64,000 nucleotides of DNA from Polyangiales bacterium (GTDB taxonomy: Bacteria; Myxococcota_A; Polyangia; Polyangiales; Ga0077539): positions 621,809-685,808 of the forward strand of contig JBGARZ010000003.1 in NCBI GenBank assembly GCA_044229975.1, written 5' to 3'. Under the pieces are notes generated by a model, which saw only the letters and a program-made list of their open reading frames with translations, was not told the DNA's origin and searched no databases. How positions within the stretch are numbered: the stretch's first letter is position 1; each line of letters opens with the position of its first letter. Made by a program: the position numbers and the translations under genes. Shown one piece after another: positions 19,447 to 29,377 of the stretch.

Positions 19447-21846
19447 TCACCCGCCCACGATCAGCGACCTGACCATCCCCGCCTCGTCGGCCGTCGGGCT
19501 CAGCGTGATGACGTCCGCGCCGAGCTCCCAGTTGCGATCGGTTCGCACCCTGAACTCCATCCCTCCAGCGCCGCCCGGACCGTCGAGCTCGAAGTCCAGC
19601 GACACGTCGCGCCACTCGCCCGTCGGAAACATCTCCGGCGTCAGCACGCGCTGCGCGATGGTCACGCCCGGCGGGCGGAACACATCCACCAGGCCGATCT
19701 CGTTGCCCACCGCCCCGGCCCGTCGCGCGCGCAGCCTGAACGTCACCCGCCAGTGCCCCTGCGGCAGCCGGATGAAGGGCCCGTAGACCATCCACCCCGG
19801 CGGCCGCGGATCATCCGCGGACACCACCCTCGCCCGCCCGTCGCTCGCGCTCACATCACGCACCGAGCAGTTGGGGAACTCGGTCTGTTCGGTTCCTTCC
19901 ACCTCGTAGCGGCGGTTGACGAAGAGCCGGCGCACCGCCTCGGGGTTGCCCTGCGGCGAGTGCCCGCGCTGCATCAGCACCACGCCGTCCTCGGCCCGCA
20001 CCACGCCGAAGCCCGTTCGCATGAGGTGCAGCAACGTCGCGTCGCGGCTCTCCACCGAGGCCGGCCACGGCGGGCGCTGGAGGTCGACGAGCACCCACTC
20101 GGCGCGGTCGATGCCGTTGGGGAAGAGCCCGTTGTAGGGGCGGTTGGAGAAGCGCGGGCCGATCCACGTCGAGACGCTCACCGGCACCATCGGAGGCACG
20201 GCCGCGGCGAGGCGGGCGACGGTGCGCGTGTGCGGGGTGATGGCGCGCGTGTCCGTCGCATGAACGCGCGACGCGAGGCTCGTCGGGTGCGTGGCGACGA
20301 GCGTGAGGGTGGCCGCGACGAGGTAGGCCGCGACGGCGGTCTCGGTGCGCGCGGAGTGGCGCGAGCGGGTGACGAGCGCGGCGAGACCGAAGGCCGCGGC
20401 GAGGTACACGCCGGGGTGCTGGATGGCCGAGTAGTGGTAGCGGAGCGCGACGATCTCGGGGTTGTCCGAGAGCAGGATGATGCCCAGCGGCATGAGCAGC
20501 GTGATGCGCCAACCGGCGAGCAGCGACGCGAAGCCGACGGGCGCGAGCAGCGTCGTGAAGGTGGTGAGCCGCGCGTCGGTGAAGGCCCAGAGCACGAAGC
20601 GCACGGGCTGCCCGAGCAGGTGGCCGAGCGGCCCACCGGGCCCGCCCAGGTGACGGAAGTTGCGGAGGAACTTGTACCCGCCAGGCTCGCTCCCATCGCT
20701 CATGTAGACGGGCACGCCGGGGGGCGGGCCGAACTTCTTGAGCAGCACCGCCATGGCGAAGAGGCAGTAGCCGACGGCGATGGCGCCGAGGGCGGCCGAC
20801 CACTTGCGGTCGCGTGAGGTGCCGGGCAGCGCGCAGGCGAGCAGGGCGCCCACCGCCGGGATGAACATGTCCTCCTTCACGCTGACCAGCAGGGCGACGG
20901 CCACGAAGGCCTGCCCGAAGCGGCGGCGCGAGAGCGCGAGCACCAGCCACGAGAGGGCCGGGACCGCGAGCAGGTCCATGTGGAAGTCGTACATGAGCGC
21001 CGTGTGCAGCGGCGGGCTGCACAGCATCGCGCCCGCGAGCAGCGTGGCGGTGCTGCGGCGCAGGCCGAGGTCACGCGCGACGAGGTAGACGGGCCACGCG
21101 GCGACCGAGACGGCGAGCGTCTGGATGATGAGCAGACACTCGCTCGTGGGCGACACCCAATAGAACGGCACCAGCAGGAAGAGCACCGGCGAGAAGTGCT
21201 CGCCGAGGAAGCTGTACCCCACCGTCGGCGAGAACATCACGCGGCCGTGGAGGGTGTTCCAGAGGGCTTCCTTGAAGAGGCCGAGGTCGACGGTGGCCGA
21301 CCACTCGCCGCGGTCACGGAGGATCGCCAGCGTCGAGAAGAGCACCGCATGCGCGGCGATGACGCCGACGATGGGGAGGTGCTCCTGCCACGCGGGGCGC
21401 GCGGGCTTCTCCGTGCGCGCCGACGGCGGCGAGAGGAAGGCAGCCGCAGCGACGGAGGCGCCGAGACAGATGGCGAAGAGGGCCGGGCGGCGCCACGGGT
21501 CGTCCTGGGCGAGCGCGACGGGAGACAGGAGGGCGGGCGCGAGCACGAGCGCGAGGCGGCGCCACGGGGAGACGAAGGCAGGGAGGTCGTCGGGCGTGGT
21601 GCGAAGCACGCGGTACGAGAGGGCGAGCGCACCAAGGAGGAAGGGCGCGCACGAGGCGACGAAGCGCAGCGGCGGGTGCGCGAGGAAGGAGCCGCGGGAG
21701 AGGGCGTCCCAGAGGTGCGGGTTGTCGAGGGGGAGGCCCGCCGAGGTGATGCCGCACGCGTAGGCCACGGCGACGGAGAGCGCGACCGAGGCGGTGACGA
21801 GGGCGGCGGTAGATGGCCCGGCGGCGGCCGGATCGGACCCGTTCAC
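19447..21846 (-). CDS. DUF2079-family (GT-C-like) polytopic membrane protein with C-terminal beta-sandwich domain
   Basis: DLGLFKEALWNTLHG, FLGEHFSP, YDFH, VKED, YHYSA; C-terminal YGPFIRLPQG.WRVTF. Confidence 0.8.
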   Translation of the reverse strand: MNGSDPAAAGPSTAALVTASVALSVAVAYACGITSAGLPLDNPHLWDALSRGSFLAHPPLRFVASCAPFLLGALALSYRVLRTTPDDLPAFVSPWRRLALVLAPALLSPVALAQDDPWRRPALFAICLGASVAAAAFLSPPSARTEKPARPAWQEHLPIVGVIAAHAVLFSTLAILRDRGEWSATVDLGLFKEALWNTLHGRVMFSPTVGYSFLGEHFSPVLFLLVPFYWVSPTSECLLIIQTLAVSVAAWPVYLVARDLGLRRSTATLLAGAMLCSPPLHTALMYDFHMDLLAVPALSWLVLALSRRRFGQAFVAVALLVSVKEDMFIPAVGALLACALPGTSRDRKWSAALGAIAVGYCLFAMAVLLKKFGPPPGVPVYMSDGSEPGGYKFLRNFRHLGGPGGPLGHLLGQPVRFVLWAFTDARLTTFTTLLAPVGFASLLAGWRITLLMPLGIILLSDNPEIVALRYHYSAIQHPGVYLAAAFGLAALVTRSRHSARTETAVAAYLVAATLTLVATHPTSLASRVHATDTRAITPHTRTVARLAAAVPPMVPVSVSTWIGPRFSNRPYNGLFPNGIDRAEWVLVDLQRPPWPASVESRDATLLHLMRTGFGVVRAEDGVVLMQRGHSPQGNPEAVRRLFVNRRYEVEGTEQTEFPNCSVRDVSASDGRARVVSADDPRPPGWMVYGPFIRLPQGHWRVTFRLRARRAGAVGNEIGLVDVFRPPGVTIAQRVLTPEMFPTGEWRDVSLDFELDGPGGAGGMEFRVRTDRNWELGADVITLSPTADEAGMVRSLIVGG

Positions 21847-22556
21847 GGATCGACGCGGACCAGCACGACGGAGATGTTGTCGGGGCCGCCGTGCTCGTTG
21901 GCGATCTGCACGAGCTCCTTGGCGCGCTCGATGAGGTCGGGGCCCTTGCCGATGACACGCGCGATGTCGGAGTCCTTCACCACGCCGCACAGACCGTCGG
22001 AGCAGAGCAGGTAGGTGTCGCCCACGAGCAGCTTCTCGCGGCGCACCTCGGGTTCGACCTCGGCCCCGGTGCCGATGGCCCGGGTGATCATGTTGGAGTA
22101 GTTGCCGAGCGCGGCGCGCGCGATGGGGTCGTCGCCCGCGTACTCCTCGATGAGCGAGTGGTCGCGGGTGAGCCGCTCCAACACGCTGTGGCGGTAGCGG
22201 TAGCAGCGCGAGTCGCCGACGTGCACCACGCCGAAGTCGTCGCCGTCGCGGATGATCGCCACGAAGGTGCTGCCCATGCCGCGGCGCTTGCGGTTGCGGG
22301 TGCCCTCCTCGATGACCCGCGTGTTGGCGAGCTTCGTCGCCTCGGCGAGGGCGGCCACGCGATCGGGCCCCGTGTGGGCCCCGACGTGCTCGATGACCGT
22401 GGAGATGGCCATGGCGCTGGCGACTTCGCCCGCGAGGTGGCCGCCCATCCCGTCGGCCACGATGAACAAGCCCAGGGGCTCTTCCACCGCGTAGGAATCC
22501 TCGTTGTGGTCTCGTTCCTGTCCGACGTCGGACAGTCCTGCGGCGGCGAGCTTCAT
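21843..22556 (-). CDS. PP2C/Stp1-family Ser/Thr protein phosphatase
   Basis: SDVG..RDHNED, VADGMGGH, HVGDSRCY, LLCSDGL, GGPDNIS. Confidence 0.95.
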   Translation of the reverse strand: MKLAAAGLSDVGQERDHNEDSYAVEEPLGLFIVADGMGGHLAGEVASAMAISTVIEHVGAHTGPDRVAALAEATKLANTRVIEEGTRNRKRRGMGSTFVAIIRDGDDFGVVHVGDSRCYRYRHSVLERLTRDHSLIEEYAGDDPIARAALGNYSNMITRAIGTGAEVEPEVRREKLLVGDTYLLCSDGLCGVVKDSDIARVIGKGPDLIERAKELVQIANEHGGPDNISVVLVRVDP

Positions 22557-22689
22557 CCCGTAATCCTCGACGAGGCGTGCATGTTTTCCGAGCGACACGG
22601 ACCGTACGCGGCCCCCGCGCGACGGGTCAAGGCAACGTTGAGCGGCGCCCCGTCAGGCGCCACCCCTCTGCCATCGCGCTCGTACCGAT

Positions 22690-23430
22690 TCAGAGATCGA
22701 GCTTGTAGAGGTTGCCGTTGTGCTCGACGGAGTACACGGCCTTGCCCGTCCCGAAGAGCAGGGCGGTGTTGCCGAAGTCGTCGGCCGACCCGATCTCCTC
22801 CCAGTCGCCGGTGGAGAGGTCGGTCTTGTAGAGCACGCCGCTCTCCTCCACCGAGTAGAGGAAGCCGTTGAGCGTGGCGAGGGTGCGCGTGCCCTTCCAG
22901 TCGCCCGCGTTGCCGATCTGCTCCCACGAGCCGTCGTCGCCGTCGATTTCGTAGATGCTGCCGTCGTTTTCCAGCGCGTACAGCGTGTCGTCGTCGGAGA
23001 AGAGAAACTTCGTGTCCCAGCCGTCGTCCTCGTCGCCCTCCTCGCCGAGCACCTCCCACGACCCGTCCGAGAGGTCGGTCTCGTAGAGGGTGTTGTCGCT
23101 CACCGAGTAGAGGCACCCGTTGACCGCGAGGGCCGCCGTCGTGCCCTTCCAGTCGCCTGCGGCGCCGATGCGGCTCCACTGACCGCTCTCGGTCGCCACC
23201 TTGTAGAGCGACCCGTCGGACTCGATGGCGTAGAGGTGCTCGCCGTCCACGGCGAGGTGCTGGGTGTTGTACCCGCTGCCGATCTCGTCCCAGCCGCCGG
23301 TGCGCGCGCTCGTCGCGTACAGCTTGCCGCTGCGCTCCACCGTATAGAGCGTCCCCTTGAGCCCGACGCCGACCGTGGTGTTCTTCCAGCCGCCCGCCTC
23401 GCCGACCTGCTCCCAGCCCGCCTTGCTCAT
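22690..23430 (-). CDS. Repeat beta-propeller protein (tachylectin/lectin-like), no signal peptide
   Basis: About 6 repeats of WEQIG..GDWKGT..L....G.LYSVE..G.LYK; SD-like GGAGAG upstream of ATG 23430. Confidence 0.7.
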   Translation of the reverse strand: MSKAGWEQVGEAGGWKNTTVGVGLKGTLYTVERSGKLYATSARTGGWDEIGSGYNTQHLAVDGEHLYAIESDGSLYKVATESGQWSRIGAAGDWKGTTAALAVNGCLYSVSDNTLYETDLSDGSWEVLGEEGDEDDGWDTKFLFSDDDTLYALENDGSIYEIDGDDGSWEQIGNAGDWKGTRTLATLNGFLYSVEESGVLYKTDLSTGDWEEIGSADDFGNTALLFGTGKAVYSVEHNGNLYKLDL

Positions 23431-23531
23431 GTCTGCTCTCCTCCGCCGTGGGTCTTCTGCGCGCCCGCCAGCGCGGCGGGGGGACGACACCATGCCCGAG
23501 CCCCACTGCCTGTAAAGGCAAACGTGGTCGA

Positions 23532-23773
23532 CGCAGACGACTCCGAGTCGGTTGCAGCGTTCGACTCGAACACCGCAGACGACTCCGAGTCCGTTGCAGC
23601 GTTCGATTCGAACACCGCAGACCACCCCGAGTCGGTTGCAGCGTTCGATTCGAACACCGCAGACCACTCCGAGTCCGTTGCAGCGTTCGATTCGAACACG
23701 CAGACCACTCCGAGTCGGTTGCAGCGTTCGACTCGAACACCGCAGACCACTCGGGGTCGGTTTCAGCGTTCGA
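23532..23773. repeat. Tandem array of about 5.8 x 42-bp palindromic units
   Basis: Unit CGCAGAC(G/C)ACTCCGAGTC(G/C)GTTGCAGCGTTCGA(C/T)TCGAACAC starts at 23532, 23574, 23616, 23658, 23699 and 23741 (one unit is 41 bp). No variable spacers. Confidence 0.95.
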
Positions 23774-25229
23774 GCGAGCAGAACCGCCCGGTCCGCCTCA
23801 CCGTCCGCCACCCGGCGAACCCTCGCGCGGCCCGGGACTCACACCCGATGAGCGCGTGGGTCACCCCCCACTGCCTGAGCACGGCGTCCGCTTCGGCCGC
23901 AGAGAGCTTCCCGGCGTCGAGGTCGAAGCCCGCCCGCAGCACCTCCGCCGGGTAGCAGTCGTTGCGCGTGTCGAAGAACACCCTCACCCGCGGATAAGCC
24001 CGCTCGACGGCGTAACCCGTGAAGAAGAGCGTCACGAACATCCGCGTCCCGGCCGGCGCCGCGGCGAGCAGCGAGGCTACGTCCTCGTCGTCGTGTGTCG
24101 GGTCGACCCAGTCCCCGGGCCGTCGCTGCCCACGCGCGACCGACCAGCTCAGGGCGGCGATCACCGCGAAGACCACCACCAGCCGACGGGCCCACCCCGT
24201 CGACGACGGCCCACGCGCGACCACGGCGGCGACCCACGCCTCGACGGGCGCAGCCAGCAGCGACAGCGCGCAGAGGCCGAAGAGCTGGAGGTGGCGGTTG
24301 TGCCGCAGCGCCATCGCCAGCAGCACCGCCAGCAACACACCGCGCGGACGCCACCGACGATCGCGCAGCAACGACAGCGAGGCCAGCGCCAGGGGAGCGC
24401 CGACGACGAGCTCAAGCGGCGTGGAGACGACGCGGAGGGGCGAGCGCCAGAGCGGCCACCACTCGCGGATGCGGTCGTGGACGAGGGCGACGCTGTCATC
24501 GGAGGCACCGAGGAGATAACGGCGCACGAGGTCGTGGAGGGCGGCGCCGTAGGGGTTGGCGAAGGTCGCGACGACGGCGAGGAGCAGCGCGAGACGACGG
24601 GCGCGGCGGTCGCCGGTGGGCTCGAAGAGGGCGCACCCGGCGATGAGCAGGGCCACGGGGTAGCTGCCATGGAGGTTGGTCCAGAGGGCGGTGAGCGCGG
24701 CGTAGGCGAGCGCGTGGCGGGTGGTGAAGCGCTCGTCGAAGGCCAGGGCGACGGCCCAGAGCGCGGCGCCGAGGAGCATGCCGACGGGGCGCGGCGACTC
24801 CCAGCGCGCACCGAAGGCAAGGAAGGCCAGCGCCACCGAGAGGGCGGCAAGGCCAGGGCGGGCGTCCCGCGCGACGCGACGGAGCAGCGCGGCGACGAGC
24901 AGGAGCACCGCGACGGCCCGACCGAGCGCGAGGCCCGCGACGCCGAGCGCCCGAACGAGAGAGGCCGCGGCGGCGCCGTAGAGCCACTCGTGCATCACCC
25001 ACGGGTGGGCCGGGCTCGTGAAGGAGTAGCGGTTGACGTGCGGCACTGCGCCTTCCCGCAGCAGGTCGTCGCCCGCCCGAACGATCCACCAGATGTCCCC
25101 GTCCCACACCGGCGCGCACCCGGCCTGCCACGCCGCGAGGGCGACGAAGCAGCCACCGAGCACGGCGCCCACCCGGGGGTTGTTGGCGCGCTCCGCGAGT
25201 CGGGACCACAGCTCGGACGGCGCGCTCAC
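23763..25229 (-). CDS. Polytopic membrane protein, GT-C-like
   Basis: DGDIWW.VRAG...YSFT....WVMHEWL, RP, LWTNLHGS, ANPYG, IREW, FFDTRNDCY. GTG start chosen at 25229. Confidence 0.75.
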   Translation of the reverse strand: MSAPSELWSRLAERANNPRVGAVLGGCFVALAAWQAGCAPVWDGDIWWIVRAGDDLLREGAVPHVNRYSFTSPAHPWVMHEWLYGAAAASLVRALGVAGLALGRAVAVLLLVAALLRRVARDARPGLAALSVALAFLAFGARWESPRPVGMLLGAALWAVALAFDERFTTRHALAYAALTALWTNLHGSYPVALLIAGCALFEPTGDRRARRLALLLAVVATFANPYGAALHDLVRRYLLGASDDSVALVHDRIREWWPLWRSPLRVVSTPLELVVGAPLALASLSLLRDRRWRPRGVLLAVLLAMALRHNRHLQLFGLCALSLLAAPVEAWVAAVVARGPSSTGWARRLVVVFAVIAALSWSVARGQRRPGDWVDPTHDDEDVASLLAAAPAGTRMFVTLFFTGYAVERAYPRVRVFFDTRNDCYPAEVLRAGFDLDAGKLSAAEADAVLRQWGVTHALIGCESRAARGFAGWRTVRRTGRFCSLER

Positions 25230-25304
25230 TCGGGCGAACGGTACCAGAGCCGCGCCGAGCGGTTTGCGTTGGAGCAGCGTTGCCCGCAACGTGCCGCCCA
25301 CCGC

Positions 25305-26522
25305 ATGGCCTCGCAGATCCTCGTCAGCGTCATCCTCACCAGCACCCTCTCGGTCTCGTTTCCCGTCACGGTTCGCGCGCTCTTTCCTCGCTGGTCCAGC
25401 GTCCCCGGCAACCGAACCCGGCTGCGTTTGACGACCCTCGCGGTGGTGACCCTCGCGCTCGCTACCGAAGTGTATGGGCGCACCCGCGCACCCTTCGGGG
25501 GAGGTCCGCTGCGCTTCGCGGTGGGGTCGGTGCGGGCGCTGGTGTTTCTGCTCTTCGGAGCGCTGCTGGTGGCGGTGGGGGCGGAGATCGTGGGGCGGGT
25601 GCTCCAGCTCGCGCGGTGGTCGTCGCGCGCGATCCGCCATGAGGCGCCGCCCCCCGTGGATGTGGTGGAGTCACGCCGCGAGGTGCTTACCCAGGCGGCC
25701 ACGGCGGGCGCGCTCGCCATCGCGGCACCGACCTTCCTGCGCGGCGGCGTCTGGAGCCGAACGGACTTCGCCGTGCACACCGTAGAGATCCACGTCCCTG
25801 GGCTCCCGCCATCGCTGGAGGGCCTGACGCTGGTGCAGATCACCGACCTGCACCTCGGGGTCTTCACCGGACCGCGAGAGATCGGCGCCGTTATCGACCA
25901 GGTCGAGCGCCTGCGCGGCGACCTCGTGGTCATCACTGGGGACATCCTCGACCACAACCCGCGGCACATCGGCGAGGCCATGCGCGCGCTCGCACGGTTG
26001 AAGGCGCGCGGGGGCGTTCACGCCGTGGTGGGCAACCACGACCACTACACAGGCGCGGGGGCAGTTGTGCGGGGGCTGCGCGCGGTGGGCATCCGAACGC
26101 ACGTCAACGCCTCGATGACCATCGGGCCCGATGGGGCGCGTGGGCGGGGGCTCGTTCTTGCGGGCGTCGACGACATCATGGCGCCGCGACTGGGGACGGG
26201 CGTCGGGCCCGACCTCGCCGCCGCGCTGCGGGGCCGCGACCCGGACGACCCGGTGGTGCTGCTCGCGCACAACCCGATGGTCTTCGACGACGTCGAGCAC
26301 CGCGTGGCGCTCCAGCTCTCGGGGCACACCCACGGGGGACAGATCAACGCTCCGGGCGTCACCACCCGCATGCTCCCGTACGTGGCCGGGCTGTACCGCC
26401 ACGGCGACGCGACGCTCTTCGTCTCCCGGGGCATCGGGACGACGGGGCCGCCGTTGCGCATCAACGCTCGGCCCGAGGTGGTGCGGGTGGCGCTCACGGG
26501 TCGGCCCGTCCGTTCGGGCTGA
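25305..26522 (+). CDS. Metallophosphoesterase (YkuE/YaeI-like) with N-terminal TMs
   Basis: TDLH, TGD, GNHD, LAHNP, SGHTHGGQ, VSRGIG. Confidence 0.92.
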   Translation: MASQILVSVILTSTLSVSFPVTVRALFPRWSSVPGNRTRLRLTTLAVVTLALATEVYGRTRAPFGGGPLRFAVGSVRALVFLLFGALLVAVGAEIVGRVLQLARWSSRAIRHEAPPPVDVVESRREVLTQAATAGALAIAAPTFLRGGVWSRTDFAVHTVEIHVPGLPPSLEGLTLVQITDLHLGVFTGPREIGAVIDQVERLRGDLVVITGDILDHNPRHIGEAMRALARLKARGGVHAVVGNHDHYTGAGAVVRGLRAVGIRTHVNASMTIGPDGARGRGLVLAGVDDIMAPRLGTGVGPDLAAALRGRDPDDPVVLLAHNPMVFDDVEHRVALQLSGHTHGGQINAPGVTTRMLPYVAGLYRHGDATLFVSRGIGTTGPPLRINARPEVVRVALTGRPVRSG

Positions 26523-26621
26523 GCTTCGACGCGTCGAAGGTTGTCGATTCGCCGCGCGGGGACTGGTGTTATCGTCGGCGACGCACCGGCCCCGACGGGG
26601 TCGTGCTTCGAGGTGAGACGA

Positions 26622-28322
26622 GTGAGCAAGCCCAACGCAGCCCAGAAATCCAGTGACACCTACCTCGGCCGAGTGGTCGCGGGCCGCTACCGGCTCGAAG
26701 CGCGCATCGGGGAGGGCGGCATGGGCGTCGTCTACCGCGCGCGGCACGTCCTCATCGAACGCGTGGTGGCGCTCAAGCTCATCCGCCCCGACCTGCGCGG
26801 CGAGACGCACCTGCGGGCGTGGATGCTCCGCGAGGCGCGCGCCGCCAACCGCGTCGACCACGCCCACATCGTGGACATCCACGACATCGGCGAGACCGAG
26901 GAGGGCGAGCTCTACCTGGTGATGGAGTACCTCGTGGGCACGCCCCTCTCGGCGGAGATCGCCAAGGGGCAGTTTCCGCAGGTGCGCGCCATCGACGTGC
27001 TGGAGCAGATGTCCGCCGCGCTCGGCCGCGCCCACGACCTCGGCGTCGTGCACCGCGACCTCAAGAGCGACAACATCATGTGCACCAACCGCGGGGGCCG
27101 GAAGGACTTCGTGAAGATCCTCGACTTCGGGCTGGCGCACCTCGCGCGCGACCCGCGCCTCGCCCCCAAGGGCGCGGTGTTCGGAACGCCCGAGTACATG
27201 TCCCCCGAGCAGGCGAAGGGCGAAGAGGCGACCGCGCAGAGCGACCTGTACTCGCTGGGCGTGCTGCTCTTCGAGATGATGACGGGGCAGCTCCCGTTCC
27301 GCTCGCACGACCGCGACGCGCTGCTGGAGATGCAGCGCAGCGCCAACCCGGTGAACCCGAAGACGCTGCGCCCCGACCTCCACCCCGAGGCCGAGAAGAT
27401 CATCCTCAAGCTGCTCCAGAAGTCCGCCGACCGTCGGTACAAGGACGCCCACCACCTTCAGGAAGACCTGAAGGCGCTCCAGCGCGCGCTGCCGTCGGCC
27501 CCGTGGGAAGTGGTTGCCGGTGGAGCCGAAGGTCCGGCGCCGGCGCCTCCCCCGCCGCCCGCGCCGTCGCCCGGCGTGGCGGAGTGGGCGACCCGCGCGG
27601 CGCACTTCGGTCGCATGGTGTCGCGTGCGTACCCGGGCGGCGACGCGCCGCAGGAGGTCACCCAGGCGCTCGAAGAGGTGTGGCTGCTGGCCAACCGCGC
27701 CTCGCGGCTGGAGGGCGAGGTCGCCTCGCACATGCGCAAGCTGGAGGCGCTGGAGCGCCGCGGTCGGGCGCTGCGCGCGGAGATCGGCCGCAAGGTCGAG
27801 GAGCTCGCGCAGGAGGAGAGCCGCGCGTTGCGTGAGGCGTCGGCCGAAAACGAGGTGGTCGCGCAGGTGCGCGAGCGGCTCGTGGCGGGTGAGAAGGCCG
27901 TGGTGCAGAACCGCTCAGCGGCCGACACGGCCGAGCGGCAGGGGTTGCCGTTGGCGCAGCTGCGGACGGTGTTCGAGCGGGCGGGGCAGGCGCAGGCGCA
28001 CGTCGATGCGCGGCGCGAGCTGCTGGCCGAGCACGAGATGCGGGCGGCCCGGAAGGACGCGCAGGCGCGTGACCTGCGGCGGCAGATCGAGGAGCTGCGC
28101 GGGCAGCTCGCGCGCTACGCCGAGGCGATGGAGGAAGACCTCGCGCAGGGTCGCGAGAAGGTGGCCGAGCGCACGCGGCAGGGCCTCGGGTACGAGCGGT
28201 CGTTCGCGGAGAGCACGGACGTGCTGATGCGCCACCTGCGGGGCAAGCCCGAGTGCCGCGACCTGCTCGAAGAGCTGGCCCGCGACGCGGCGAGAGGTCC
28301 GCAAGCGGGCGCTGGTCAGTGA
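26622..28322 (+). CDS. Cytoplasmic Ser/Thr kinase with C-terminal coiled coil
   Basis: IGEGGMGVVY, VALK, HRDLKSDN, DFG, GTPEYMSPE; long E/R/A helical tail; no TM. Confidence 0.92.
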   Translation: MSKPNAAQKSSDTYLGRVVAGRYRLEARIGEGGMGVVYRARHVLIERVVALKLIRPDLRGETHLRAWMLREARAANRVDHAHIVDIHDIGETEEGELYLVMEYLVGTPLSAEIAKGQFPQVRAIDVLEQMSAALGRAHDLGVVHRDLKSDNIMCTNRGGRKDFVKILDFGLAHLARDPRLAPKGAVFGTPEYMSPEQAKGEEATAQSDLYSLGVLLFEMMTGQLPFRSHDRDALLEMQRSANPVNPKTLRPDLHPEAEKIILKLLQKSADRRYKDAHHLQEDLKALQRALPSAPWEVVAGGAEGPAPAPPPPPAPSPGVAEWATRAAHFGRMVSRAYPGGDAPQEVTQALEEVWLLANRASRLEGEVASHMRKLEALERRGRALRAEIGRKVEELAQEESRALREASAENEVVAQVRERLVAGEKAVVQNRSAADTAERQGLPLAQLRTVFERAGQAQAHVDARRELLAEHEMRAARKDAQARDLRRQIEELRGQLARYAEAMEEDLAQGREKVAERTRQGLGYERSFAESTDVLMRHLRGKPECRDLLEELARDAARGPQAGAGQ

Positions 28323-28954
28323 GCGCCGCGGTCAGCGCGCGCGGCCCCAGGGGCGGCGACAAGCGGGACCGCATCCTGAAGGCCGCGGTGAAGGTGTTCG
28401 CCCGCAAGGGGTTCTACGCCTCGCGGGTGAGCGAGATCGCGAAGGCCGCGGGCGTCGCCGACGGCACCATCTACCTGTACTTCAAGAGCAAGGACGAGCT
28501 CCTCACGCAGCTCTTCGAAGACCGCATCGTGCGGCTCATCACGCTGCTGCGCGAGGAGTGCGCTCGCCTCGACAACGGCCCCGACCGGGTGCGTCGGCTG
28601 GTGGAGTTCCAGCTCGGGTTGCTGGAGGGAGAGCGCGACCTCGCCGAGGTCATCACGGTCAACCTCCGGCAGTCGTCGCGGCTGCTCAAGCAGTACGCGT
28701 CCAAGCGCTTCGGCGAGTACCTCGACCTCATGGCCGCGGTCATCGCCGACGGGCAGCGCGCGGGCGAGCTTCGTAGCGACGTGTCACCCCGCATCATGGC
28801 GCGAGTGATCTTCGGCGGCCTCGACGGCATCGCGATGACCTGGGCCCTCGGCAGCGCCGAGGCGGGCAGCCTGCGACGGGCGGGGACGCAGTTCGCGGAC
28901 GTGCTCCTCGACGGGCTGCGCGCGACGCCGGCCAACCGTTCGCCGGAGACCTGA
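28319..28954 (+). CDS. TetR/AcrR family transcriptional regulator
   Basis: ILKAAVKVFARKGF...IAKAAGVADGTIYLYFKSKDELL; GTGA overlap with the kinase stop. Confidence 0.92.
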   Translation: MSAAVSARGPRGGDKRDRILKAAVKVFARKGFYASRVSEIAKAAGVADGTIYLYFKSKDELLTQLFEDRIVRLITLLREECARLDNGPDRVRRLVEFQLGLLEGERDLAEVITVNLRQSSRLLKQYASKRFGEYLDLMAAVIADGQRAGELRSDVSPRIMARVIFGGLDGIAMTWALGSAEAGSLRRAGTQFADVLLDGLRATPANRSPET

Positions 28955-28957
28955 GCG

Positions 28958-29377
28958 GTGCGGCGGGCGCTCACCCTGGCCGTGCTGCTGGGCCTCGGCC
29001 CGGGCTGCGCGATGGTGCACGCCAACGCCACGCCGACGAGCAGCGAGGTGCTGCCCTACCACCACGGTGCGGTGAGGGTGAGCGCGCTCGCCGACCCGCG
29101 CGGCGCACGCGAGCTCGGGGCCGTCGAGGTGTCGGGCGAAGACACCCTGGACGTGCTGATGGCCGCCCTCATCGAGCAGGTGCGCAGCCTCGGCGGCAAC
29201 GTCGCGCGCATCGACGGCGTGGTGCCCATGGTGGAGACCCGCATGCGCACCGCGGTGCAGGCGGTGCCGTGCTTCGGGATGCGCTTTCAGGCCGGGTGCT
29301 CGCAGACCTTCGTGACACCAGAGGAGGTCCCGATGCTGCGCATCACCGGACGGGCCATGCGGGTCGATCGCCCATGA
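28958..29377 (+). CDS. Small putative lipoprotein
   Basis: Signal peptide + GPGC; ELGAVEV...L.EQVRSLGGNV (YbjQ-like alpha/beta pattern). Confidence 0.6.
   Translation: MRRALTLAVLLGLGPGCAMVHANATPTSSEVLPYHHGAVRVSALADPRGARELGAVEVSGEDTLDVLMAALIEQVRSLGGNVARIDGVVPMVETRMRTAVQAVPCFGMRFQAGCSQTFVTPEEVPMLRITGRAMRVDRP

Noticed and set aside
23532..23773. CRISPR array
   Set aside because: Units are contiguous and near-identical with no unique spacers, and no cas genes are in the window.
23448..25304. N-terminal extensions in the ORF track (1024-aa ORF at 23448; 1435-aa ORF at 44346)
   Set aside because: They overlap real opposite-strand genes; only the C-terminal parts (from 25305 and 46875) look coding.
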